From assembly GCA_965207735.1 (NCBI GenBank), contig OZ242296.1:2048001-2112000 (forward strand): a stretch of 64,000 nucleotides of DNA, given 5' to 3'. Position 1 is the first letter of the stretch. Every line of letters starts with the position of its first letter. The translations under genes were made by a program, and so were the position numbers. Of this stretch, positions 40,220 through 50,000 are shown piece after piece. This stretch comes from Candidatus Versatilivorator sp. (GTDB lineage: Bacteria; Acidobacteriota; Terriglobia; Versatilivoradales; Versatilivoraceae). The notes below the pieces were generated by a model, which did not search any database, had not been told where the DNA came from, and saw only the letters and a list, made by a program, of their open reading frames with translations.

Positions 40220-40330
40220 GAAGGACACGAAGTGACAACAAAGTAACATAATTGCAGAAGCATTCCGGCGCCGCTTGTCGTTGAAGGAGGTCCGCCTGTC
40301 TTCGTGTCTGTTCGTGTTCATTCGTGGTTC
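40220..40330. repeat. Degenerate 9-10-nt periodic inverted repeat element
   Basis: ACGAAGGACACGAAG on the left and TTCGTGTCTGTTCGTGTTCATTCGTGG on the right. Confidence 0.5.
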
Positions 40331-40460
40331 GTCTTTTTAAACGACCCCCTGTTTGTCCTCCGAACGATTCGCCCTCCAGGGAGGGGGCCGGACTTCCCGG
40401 CGTCGCCCCCTCCCGAGATGACACTTCAAACCGCCCAATCCGATCGGAAAGGAACCAACC

Positions 40461-41390
40461 ATGAAGGCGACTCGTGATTTCCTGAAACAGCTCGGTTTCC
40501 CTTCGGGCGACGGCTACGCCCTGCGGAGCACGCCCAAGCGTTTCCCGGACGGGGCGCAGTATCGCTTTGAAATTCCCAGCGTGGAGGGCCCGCGCTGCCT
40601 GAAGGCGGTCATCGAGGAAGCCGAGCGCTACCGGCTCACCATCCACCGGGTCAGCCAGGGCAGCGGGATCATGCTGATGACCGACGACGAGATCAAGGAC
40701 ATGCTGAAGATCGCCCGGGACCGGCAGATGGAGGTGAGCCTGTTCGTGGGACCGCGGGCCACCTTCGATATCGGAGCACAGCCACTGACGGCCGCGGGCA
40801 AGAACATCGGCCTGGGCTTGAGGGGAATGGATCAGGTGGTCTATGCGGTGGAGGACATCAAGCGGGGATGCGATCTGGGGCTGCGAGGCATCCTGGTGGC
40901 CGACCTGGGGCTGTTGTGGCTGGTCAATCAACTGAGACAGTCGGGGCAACTACCCGCCAACCTGGTGGTCAAGATCTCGGTCCAGCTCAGCGCCACCAAT
41001 CCGATAGCCGTCAGGATCCTGGAAGATTTCGGAGGCAACACCTTCAACGTCTCCTCCGACATGCCGCTTCCACTGTTGGCCTCCATCCGGGAAGCGGTCT
41101 CCCTGCCGCTGGACCTCTACGTGGAGACTCCCGACAATTTCGGGGGGTTCGTCCGCCACTTCGAGATCCCTGAATTCATCCGCCTGCTCTCCCCCGTCTA
41201 CGTCAAGCTGGGCCTGCGCAACGCCCCCGACATCTACCCCAGTGGAACCCACATCGATCCCACCGCCATCGCCCTCTCCAGGGAACGCGTCCGCCGGGCC
41301 CGCATCGCGGCCGACCTGATCGAGCGCTACTACCCGGAGGCGGTCATGTCCCAGCCGGGCGCGGCCGACCTGGCCATTCCGGAGGTCTGA
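40461..41390 (+). CDS. U32 peptidase-like TIM-barrel protein
   Basis: KRFPDGAQYRFEIPSVEGP, HRVSQGSG, GLRGILVADLGLL, PLDLYVE; clear GC3 bias and RBS. Confidence 0.7.
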   Translation: MKATRDFLKQLGFPSGDGYALRSTPKRFPDGAQYRFEIPSVEGPRCLKAVIEEAERYRLTIHRVSQGSGIMLMTDDEIKDMLKIARDRQMEVSLFVGPRATFDIGAQPLTAAGKNIGLGLRGMDQVVYAVEDIKRGCDLGLRGILVADLGLLWLVNQLRQSGQLPANLVVKISVQLSATNPIAVRILEDFGGNTFNVSSDMPLPLLASIREAVSLPLDLYVETPDNFGGFVRHFEIPEFIRLLSPVYVKLGLRNAPDIYPSGTHIDPTAIALSRERVRRARIAADLIERYYPEAVMSQPGAADLAIPEV

Positions 41391-41544
41391 GGACGGAACC
41401 CACGGACGAACTCCAAGCCAGTGTTTCCACGGAGGGCGAGAACTCCATGCCCGATCCCTATAGAACCGACTACCTTCAACCGGCAGTGAAATACTCCTTC
41501 CAACCTGGAGGGAAGCTATTTTAAAGCCCGGGATTGCGATTCAC

Positions 41545-44500
41545 TTGGCCGGGATCGCCGGTCTGCTCTTGGCGTTGCCCATCGCTGCCGCCACACAAGA
41601 CGTCTGCGACCGTACACCTGAAGTGAGGGACAAACTTGTGGACTTGGCCGGCCTGTCGGCCTGCGAAGACGTGACGACGGCCCATTTGGCTCAGGTGACC
41701 TCACTTGATTTCGAAGCGATGGGAATCTCGGAGCTTAAGACCCACGATTTCAGTGGTCTGAGCAATCTGGAAAGTCTGAACCTGTCTCAAAACAGCCTTT
41801 CCAGCTTGCCGGAGGGGATCTTCGACGGTCTCAGCGGCCTGAAGCTTCTGCAACTGGGCTACAACGACTTATCCAACCTGAGGGCAGAAGTCTTCGATGG
41901 TTTGAGCGACCTGCAGCAGTTGCTGCTTGGGGGAAATAACCTGACGGGATTGCCCGAGGAGGTTTTCGACGGTCTCGGAAACCTGGAACGGCTGGGGCTG
42001 TGGAGCAACGACCTGGCCAGCCTGCCCAAGGGGATCTTCGAGGGTCTGGGTCGACTGAAACGCCTGAGCTTCTTCGACAACGAGCTCACCGGTATTTCTG
42101 CAGGGATCTTCCAGGATCTCGACAGTCTGCAGCTTCTGAACATGAGTTCCGCTTTTACTTCACTGTACGGGGCCACCGTATCCAGCTTGCCCGAAAAGCT
42201 CTTCGAAAGACTCGACCATCTGGAATATCTCGACATGGGCGGTAATTTTCTGGACAGACTTCCACCGGGAATCTTCAAGGGACTTGCCAGGCTGGAATTG
42301 CTGAATCTGGATAGAAGCTTTCAGCTGAGCAGCTTGCCCGAGGGAATCTTCGAGGGGCTGGGCTCCCTGAAATATCTGCGATTACGTTCTTACAAGACCC
42401 TGGAAGACTTGCCCGTGGGGACCTTCGAGGGTCTAGACAGCCTGCAATTTCTGTACCTGGAAAGGGTCTCCCTGAGCAGCTTGCCAGCGGGGATCTTCGA
42501 CGACGTGCTCGATACGTTGGGTGGGGTTTTCACGGTAGATGGCAGAGACTATCGGGGAGCACTGAGCCTAAACCTTGAAGAACCAATGATGTCCGAACTC
42601 TCTTTTGCCTCGACCTCTCAAACCGTCGCGGAAGGAGAGGCCGTCCGCGTAGAGGCAACTCTGAGCACGGCCTTGCCGGTAGCCATTCGCCTCCCCTACA
42701 CCGTGGGCGGCACAGCGACCCCCGGCGCTTATTCCGACCTATCGCCATCTCCTTCCGACGGATTGCTGTTTCTTGCCGGAGAAACCCGCAAAGAAATCAC
42801 TTTGACCCTGAAACAGAACAGCGGCAACCGGGGACAAACCATCGTGCTGACCTTGGCGGAACGTGCCGAAATCGGGCTGCGTCGATCCGACGGTACAGGG
42901 ACCGACGCTCCCCATCTGTTTGCCGGAATACTGCTCAACCGGTCTCGAGGGCCCAGTGCACATACCATCAGCGTCGGCGTTACAACCGCGAAAGGAGTCT
43001 GCAATCGCAGCCCGCAAGTGCGAGACAGGTTGATGAAGGCGACTCAGGCAATAACTTGCGGGGAAGTCACCAGGGAGCACCTTGCCCGCGTACGCGGGCT
43101 ATCTCTTTCGGAGTTAAACATCGCAGGCCTCCAGGAAAACGACTTCGACGGTCTGAGCCAGTTGACCGGCTTGAGCCTCAGGCAAGCGCGCCTGGCGAGG
43201 TTACCCGAGCGGGTATTCCGGCAGCTTGGCAGTCTGGAATTTCTGAGCCTGAGAGCTGTTACCTTGAGCGGCCTGCCCCTGACCGGTCTACCCGCAGGGA
43301 TCTTCAGCGGCCTTGGGAAGATGAAAGAACTGGATTTGAGTGAGAACAATCTGACGGCCCTTCCGGCAGGAATCTTCAATGGACTCGGCAACCTGCACCA
43401 TCTCAACTTGTCTTCCAACCCCCTGACCAGTCTGCCGGAGGGAATCTTCGACGATTCCATCCAATCTTTGGGAGGCGCCTACGTGCTTTCCAGACAAAAT
43501 CCACGCCAGGGAGGACTCTACATTCCCGGGGGCCTCGCTGCCCGGCTGTCCTTCGCCTCCGACTCCCAGACCGCGTTCCAGGGCGACGTCGTCGAGGTAA
43601 CGGCAGTCATGAGCCGCGCCTTGCCGGTGGCCATCCGCGTCCCTTACTCCCTTGGCGGCACCGCAACGATTAACGATTTAACCGATTTGTCGCCTTCTCC
43701 CTCCGACGGACTGCTGTTTCGGGCCGGAGAAACCCGTAAGGCAATCACATTCACTCTGACCACCAAAGAGAACGCCGAGAGCCGGGGGGAGACCATTATC
43801 CTGACCTTGGGTGAACTCGATGACATCAGGTTGCGTCGATCCAACGGCACGGGTCCCGATGCTCCTTATTTAAGAGGCAGGATTCTGATCGAGCGATTCT
43901 ACATGAGACGGTCGCACACCGTCACCATTTCCACCTCGGCCGAGGACGGGGTCTGCAACCGCACATTTCAGGTGAGAGACGCCCTGATGGAGGCTGTCGG
44001 GGTATCGACCTGCGAGCAAGTCAGTGCAGAGAGATTGTCCAGGATGAGTGGGCTGGATCTTTCAAATTCCAGAATCCTGGAGCTTCAAGCACACGACTTC
44101 TCCGGACTCGACAGCTTGCAGCAATTGAACTTGGATTCCAACGAACTGACTACCTTGCCTCCGGGGATCTTCGACGGACTCGAAAGGCTGGAATCCCTAA
44201 GCCTTGCAGTCAACGCCTTGACCGGCCTGAACCGGGGGGTCTTCGAGGGACTCGGCAACCTGCAGGAATTGAACTTGGGCTCCAACGAACTGACTGCCTT
44301 GCCTCCGGGGATCTTCGACGGACTTGCCAGCCTGAGGAATCTGTATCTGGGCTTCAACGCTCTAACCGCCTTGCCGGCAGGAATATTCGTTGGGCTCGAC
44401 AGTGTGACAGTGCTGAACCTTGCAGGCAACTCCCTGACCGGCCTGGCTCGGGGGGCTTTCGACGGACTTGCCGCTCTGCAGTCTCTGAATCTTGTGCACA

Positions 44501-46848
44501 ACTCCCTGACAAGCCTCGGGAAGGACGTCTTCGACGGTCTGAGCAATTTGGAATCCTTGTTTCTGTATAGAAATTCCCTGACCAGCTTGCCCGAGAGAGT
44601 TTTCGACAGTCTCCATAGCCTGCAGGAGTTGCAGCTGCAAATCAACAAATTGGCCAGCCTGCCGGAGGAGATTTTCCGCGGTCTGAGCAAACTCAGGAAT
44701 CTGTTCCTATCCGACAATTCTCTGACCAGTCTGCCGGTAGGGATCTTCAACGGCCTCGGCGGTCTGGAATTGCTGCTCCTAACCAGTTCCTCTCTGACCA
44801 GTCTGCCGGCGGGGATCTTCGACGAACTTCACAGTCTGAAGCTCCTGTCCATGTATCTCAACCCCGAAGACCTCAGCCGTTTGCCTTCGGGAATCTTCGA
44901 CGAGGTGCTGGATACTGTCGGCGCGCCCTATTTCCGGGAGGGAGCATACAGGCCCGGAAGTCTGGAGGTAGCCCTTGAGAAAGTTGCTCTTGCCTTCGCT
45001 TTGCCCGGGCAGACAGCACTGCAAGGGGACACTGTCGAGGTAGCGGTCACCCTGAGCCACGCTTTGCCACTGGCGGTACGGGTCCCCTATCGGGTGGGTG
45101 GCACCGCGACGGCCCATGCATATACGGACCTGTCCCCTTCGCCCACCGACGGTCTGCTGTTCCGGGCTGGAGAGACGAGCCGGGAGATTACGCTTACCCT
45201 GGTGAAGGACGCGGCCAACCAGGGTCAAACCGTCACGTTGTCCTTGGGGCCCCTTTCCGAAATCAGCCTACGGCGCTCCGACGGTTCGGGTCTCGACCCT
45301 CCCCACCTTGAGGCCAACGTCTTGTTGCACTTCTACTACGGGATCCCCAGCCACACCATCACCATTTCAGGCACCGGTACGGGCGAGCCTGAGCAGGAAA
45401 AGGCGCTGTTCGTCCCCGTGCTGCTGACCTCGGCCGGGCTCAACGACTCCTTCTTCACCTCCGAGCTGACCCTGACCAACCGCGGGCCTCAGTCGGCCAG
45501 GCTTTACTACACCTACACGGCTCATTTGGGAGGCGGAAGCGGAAGCGGAACTGCCACCGAAAGGCTGGCTCCGGGGCGACAGCGTACCGTAACCAACACC
45601 ATCGACTATCTCTCAGGCCTGGGCGTTCCCATCCCCGACTCCGGGAACCGCATCGGGACCCTGCGGGTGGAGGTCTCGGGTTCTTCCCAGGTGAGCCTGA
45701 CCACCCGCACCGCCACCGCCGTGCCCGACGGCCGGGCCGGCCTGGCCTATCCCTCCATCGCCGAGGAGGAGGGCTTTCAGGAAGCCGTCTACCTGTGCGG
45801 GTTGCGCCAGAACACTCAGGATCGCTCCAACGTGGCCTTCCAGCACATGGGAGCTCCCGATGACGGCCCCGTCACCCTGAGGACCACCGCCTATTCCGGG
45901 GAGGCCGACGACACCGGCTCCCTGGTGGTGGGAGAGGTGGAGCTGCAGCCGGGAGGCTTCCACCAGTACTCGGGACTGCTGGGAAGGCTGGGCGCTCCGG
46001 CCCAGGGCTACGTGAAGGTGGAAAAGGTCTCCGGAGAGGCTCCGTTCTACGCCTACGGGGTCATCAACGACAACTTCAACTCGGACGGCTCCTTCGTATT
46101 TCCCCTGACCGCCTCCTCCCTGGTAGGCACCAGCGGACAGACCCTGCCGGTCATCATCGAGACCGGAAGCTTCCAGAGCGAGCTGACGGTGACCAACTTC
46201 TCGGCCACGGACAAGACTGTGACCTTCAGCTTCGTGGCCGAAGGGGTCAACAGGGGAGACGACACGGCCACCTTCCGCCTGAGGTTAAAAGCCGGGGAAC
46301 AGCACATCCTGCCCGGTATCGTGGAGGAACTGCGGCGGCGGGAGGTGGAGGGGATCGGCGGGGCTGACCGGGCCTATGTGGGAGCGCTGTTCGCCACGCC
46401 GGCCGAGGGGGACATGAGCGGCATCGTGATCGGAGCCCGGACGGGGGCTCCCGACAATAGAGGCGGGCAGTACAGTCTCTTCTACAACGGGGTGCCCTAT
46501 GGCTCGGCTTCGGTCGAGAGCGCCTGGATCTACGGGCTGCAGCAGAACGCGGAGAACCGCAGCAACCTGGCCCTGGTGAATACGGGGGAGATCGACGATA
46601 CCCCCAGCACCTTCGAGATCACGATTTACGACGGCAGCGGAGAGTCTCGACCAAGAACGAGAAGCGTGACGCTCGGTCCTCGCCGCTGGCACCAAGTCAA
46701 CGGGATTCTGGGCAACACCAGCCAGGGATATGCGCAGGTGCGAAAGGTTTCGGGCAACAACCCGTTCATTACCTATGGCGTAATCAACGACGGCGGGAGA
46801 CCCGGGGAACGCAGCGGCGACGGCGCCTTCCTGCTCAGCCAGGAGTAG
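41545..46848 (+). CDS. Large secreted leucine-rich-repeat protein: three (Cys-cap + LRR + Calx-beta-like) modules plus shared C-terminal domain
   Basis: Signal peptide; caps VCDRTPEVRD, VCNRSPQVRD, VCNRTFQVRD; 24-aa LRRs L..LP.GIFDGL..L; C-terminal domain 45406-46848. Confidence 0.92.
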   Translation: MAGIAGLLLALPIAAATQDVCDRTPEVRDKLVDLAGLSACEDVTTAHLAQVTSLDFEAMGISELKTHDFSGLSNLESLNLSQNSLSSLPEGIFDGLSGLKLLQLGYNDLSNLRAEVFDGLSDLQQLLLGGNNLTGLPEEVFDGLGNLERLGLWSNDLASLPKGIFEGLGRLKRLSFFDNELTGISAGIFQDLDSLQLLNMSSAFTSLYGATVSSLPEKLFERLDHLEYLDMGGNFLDRLPPGIFKGLARLELLNLDRSFQLSSLPEGIFEGLGSLKYLRLRSYKTLEDLPVGTFEGLDSLQFLYLERVSLSSLPAGIFDDVLDTLGGVFTVDGRDYRGALSLNLEEPMMSELSFASTSQTVAEGEAVRVEATLSTALPVAIRLPYTVGGTATPGAYSDLSPSPSDGLLFLAGETRKEITLTLKQNSGNRGQTIVLTLAERAEIGLRRSDGTGTDAPHLFAGILLNRSRGPSAHTISVGVTTAKGVCNRSPQVRDRLMKATQAITCGEVTREHLARVRGLSLSELNIAGLQENDFDGLSQLTGLSLRQARLARLPERVFRQLGSLEFLSLRAVTLSGLPLTGLPAGIFSGLGKMKELDLSENNLTALPAGIFNGLGNLHHLNLSSNPLTSLPEGIFDDSIQSLGGAYVLSRQNPRQGGLYIPGGLAARLSFASDSQTAFQGDVVEVTAVMSRALPVAIRVPYSLGGTATINDLTDLSPSPSDGLLFRAGETRKAITFTLTTKENAESRGETIILTLGELDDIRLRRSNGTGPDAPYLRGRILIERFYMRRSHTVTISTSAEDGVCNRTFQVRDALMEAVGVSTCEQVSAERLSRMSGLDLSNSRILELQAHDFSGLDSLQQLNLDSNELTTLPPGIFDGLERLESLSLAVNALTGLNRGVFEGLGNLQELNLGSNELTALPPGIFDGLASLRNLYLGFNALTALPAGIFVGLDSVTVLNLAGNSLTGLARGAFDGLAALQSLNLVHNSLTSLGKDVFDGLSNLESLFLYRNSLTSLPERVFDSLHSLQELQLQINKLASLPEEIFRGLSKLRNLFLSDNSLTSLPVGIFNGLGGLELLLLTSSSLTSLPAGIFDELHSLKLLSMYLNPEDLSRLPSGIFDEVLDTVGAPYFREGAYRPGSLEVALEKVALAFALPGQTALQGDTVEVAVTLSHALPLAVRVPYRVGGTATAHAYTDLSPSPTDGLLFRAGETSREITLTLVKDAANQGQTVTLSLGPLSEISLRRSDGSGLDPPHLEANVLLHFYYGIPSHTITISGTGTGEPEQEKALFVPVLLTSAGLNDSFFTSELTLTNRGPQSARLYYTYTAHLGGGSGSGTATERLAPGRQRTVTNTIDYLSGLGVPIPDSGNRIGTLRVEVSGSSQVSLTTRTATAVPDGRAGLAYPSIAEEEGFQEAVYLCGLRQNTQDRSNVAFQHMGAPDDGPVTLRTTAYSGEADDTGSLVVGEVELQPGGFHQYSGLLGRLGAPAQGYVKVEKVSGEAPFYAYGVINDNFNSDGSFVFPLTASSLVGTSGQTLPVIIETGSFQSELTVTNFSATDKTVTFSFVAEGVNRGDDTATFRLRLKAGEQHILPGIVEELRRREVEGIGGADRAYVGALFATPAEGDMSGIVIGARTGAPDNRGGQYSLFYNGVPYGSASVESAWIYGLQQNAENRSNLALVNTGEIDDTPSTFEITIYDGSGESRPRTRSVTLGPRRWHQVNGILGNTSQGYAQVRKVSGNNPFITYGVINDGGRPGERSGDGAFLLSQE

Positions 46849-46874
46849 GCCTTCTTTCTTCGGAGGCATCCCTC

Positions 46875-47000
46875 ATGATTCAGAACAACAACACCGATTG
46901 TTCTACCGGTGACTGGAAGCGAACCGAGCCGGAACACGTCGTCTATTTGCCCAAGACCGAGCATGGCTCCGACGGTTATGCGGATCACTTCGTTGAGTGA
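46875..47000 (+). pseudogene. Short 5' gene fragment with RBS
   Basis: GGAGG then MIQNNNTDCSTGDWKRTEPEHVVYLPKTEHGSDGYADHFVE*, ending 16 bp before the stop of the convergent gene. Confidence 0.35.
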
Positions 47001-47016
47001 CGGTTGAACCGCTGCA

Positions 47017-50000
47017 CTACTGGCTGGGCAGGAAGGCTCCGTCTCCGCTCCGCTCTCCCGGAGCGCCGCCGTCGTTGACCACCCCGTAGGCCAGGAAGGG
47101 ATTGTTGCCCGACAGCCTTCTGACATGGACGTACCCCTGGCCAGTTCCCGGAGCATAGTCGCTCAGGATACCGTTGATCTGATGCCAGCCACGGGCCGCA
47201 ATGGCTTCGGTAGTAACGGTTCTGACCAGCCTGCCCGTCTCCCCGTCGTAGATGTCGAGGCTGAAGACACTCTCCCCTTCATCGACTTCACCCGTGTTGA
47301 CCAGCGCCAGGTTGCTGCGGTTGGTGGCGTTCTGCTGCAGCCGATAGATCCAGGCGCTTCCGGTCGAGGCCGAGCCATCGGGCGCGGCGTTGTAGAAGAC
47401 CCCGTACTGACCTCCGCCCCCGGGCGAACCCGTCCGCGCCCCGATCACGATCCCGCTCATGTCTCCCTCCGACACCCGGGCGAACAGCGCTCCGGCATAG
47501 GCCCGGCCGGCCGGACCGATCCCCGCCACTTCCTGTCCCCGCAGGTGGTCGACGATGTTGGGTAGGATGCTCTGCTCGCCGGCCTGCAGCGTCAGGCTGA
47601 AGGTGGTCAAGCCATCGGTGTCGATCGCATCGGCCACAAAGCTGAAGTCCACTTGCTTGTCCGAGGAAGAGAAGTTCGTCACCGTCAACTCGCTGGCGAA
47701 GTCCCTGGTTTCGACGATCACCGGCAGGGTCTGCCTGCTCGTGCCTCTCAGAGAGTCTTCCGCCACCGGAAAGACGAACGACCCGTCCGAGTTGAAATTG
47801 TCATTAATGACCCCGTAGGCATAGTAGGGCGCTGCTCCTTCAACCCGCTCCACTCTCACGTAGCCGTTGTCGAAGCCGGCCTTGGTCAGGATGCCGTTGT
47901 ACTGGCGGAACCCTCCAGGAGGCAACAACAGATCCGGCAGCACCAGGCTCCCCGGCTCTTCCGAGTCCCCGGAGTAGACCGTCACCCTCAGGGTGATACT
48001 CTCCTCACTGGCGTCCCCCGCGTTCTGAACCGCTACGTTGGAGCGGTCCTGGCTGTTCTGACGCAGGCCGGTAATCAAGGCAGGCCCGGTGAGCATGCCG
48101 TCGGGATTCAATCCCGGGAAGGTCAAGCCGGCCCTCCCGCTTCCCTCTTCGACCGGGGTCGTGACCCTCACGGTGACGGCGGCATCCGAGGGAGAGGAGA
48201 GGTTGGAGAAATCCACCGCCAGTGTGCCGCCCGCCGAACCGCTCTCGATGGGAACGCCCAGGGAGGTCAGATAGACGATGGCGTCGGGAATGATCCGCTG
48301 CCGGCCGGGCCCCAGAGAGTCCACGGCCGTGCCTGAGCCCCCTCCGTAAGCCGCCGTATAGGTGTAGTGGACGGCTGCTGTCGTGGTTCCCCGATTGGTG
48401 AGGGTCAGTTCGGAGGTGAAGAAGGAACTCGCCGTGCGTCCCTGAGACCGCAGCACGATGGGGATGAACAACCGGCTGCGGATTCCGGTATTTACCACTG
48501 TAAATGGGTCAGCGCTCACGGCTGTTCCGCCGGGAGTGACCACGCTGATCGGGCCGCTGGCGGCCTCCAAGGGAACGACCGCCTTGATATTCGTCCCAGA
48601 CACAACCTCGAAACGGGCAGCAGGCACTCCATTGAACCATACGGCGCTGGCGCCACGAAAATTTGTTCCGGTAACGGTGACTCGAGCACCCACAGGTCCC
48701 CTCGCCGGACTGAACCGGATCAGGGTCGGCGGCAGTGCCTTCGGAGTCGTCGCCCGGGCCTCGTTCGAGAAATCGGACGTTACGTCCTTCTTGAAAGCCC
48801 TCACGCGGTAGTGATAGATAGTGGTGGGTTCCAGTCCAATATCAGAAAAAGTGGTAACGTTGGCCTTTGTGCTCCCGATTTCGACCCAATTTGACGAGCC
48901 GTCAACCCTCTGCTGCACCATGAAACCCGCCTCATCGTCGCTGTTGTCCTGCCAGGAAAGGTTGATTTCATAGAAGGAAACTGCGATTGCCGTCAGGCGA
49001 CTGGGAGCATTGGGTGGCCGAGGCGATCGCGTCAAAAACCGAATACGATGATTGTCAGTGTCTGCAAAGTAGACCTTGCCAAGTTTGTCCACTGCTATGC
49101 CAATGGGATTGGCCAAACGAATTTCCAACGCAGGGCCACTGTCCCCATTGAATCCCGTTTGCGTGTACCCAAGTATGTTGGTGGTTCCCGCAATGGTGGT
49201 GATGACGCCCCGAGAATCTATGCGGCGTATATGTTGGTGGTTGGTATCGGCAATGTAGAGGTTGCCTCGTCCATCCATGGCCAAATGCAAGAAGGTGCCG
49301 AGTGCTGCCAAGTTTGCCGGACCGTCGTTCCTGCTGAATCTACCGAGCCCTATCCCCGCGATCGTAGTGATGATTCCGGAAGTATCCACGCGTCGAATAC
49401 GGCGGTTACCGGCGCCGATATAGAGGTTACCGGCGCCGTCCACCGCCACGCTACTTGGATATCTCAACCGCGCCTCGACTGCCGGTTCACCGTCGCCGCT
49501 GTAGGTAACTCCATAGCCTTCTCTTCCAACTCCCGCGACTGTTGTAATGATCCCAGAAACATCCACGCGACGGATGCGATGGTTAGCAGAATCAGCGACA
49601 TAGAGGTTACCTGCATTGTCCAGGGCCAAGCCCCTTGGACTGTTAAGACGCGCCTCGACGGCTGGCCCGCCGTATCCGCCGTAGCCACCTTGAAAATATC
49701 TCTCCTCCCCGGTGCCCTCCCCGGTGCCCGCGATGGTCGTGATGACACCCCTGGAATCCACCCGGCGAATCAGGTGATTCCCCCAGTCAGCGATATAGAG
49801 GTTGCCTGCCCCGTCCACGGCTACAGCCCATGGAAAATTCAGGCGCGCCTCGACGGCTGGCCCGCCGTCCCCGCTGTAGCCGCCTATCCGCCCCTCGAAG
49901 AAATTCGGACTCTTTGTAAACTCCCCGGTGCCCGCGACGGTGGTGATGATCCCAGATGTATCCACCCTTCGAATACGTTGGTTCCAGGTATCGGCAATGA

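Noticed and set aside
27404-40949. Long opposite-strand or alternate-frame ORFs (e.g. 27404-28987, 30527-32416, 35402-36805, 39171-40949)
   Set aside because: They overlap well-supported genes and are typical stop-poor shadow frames of high-GC DNA.
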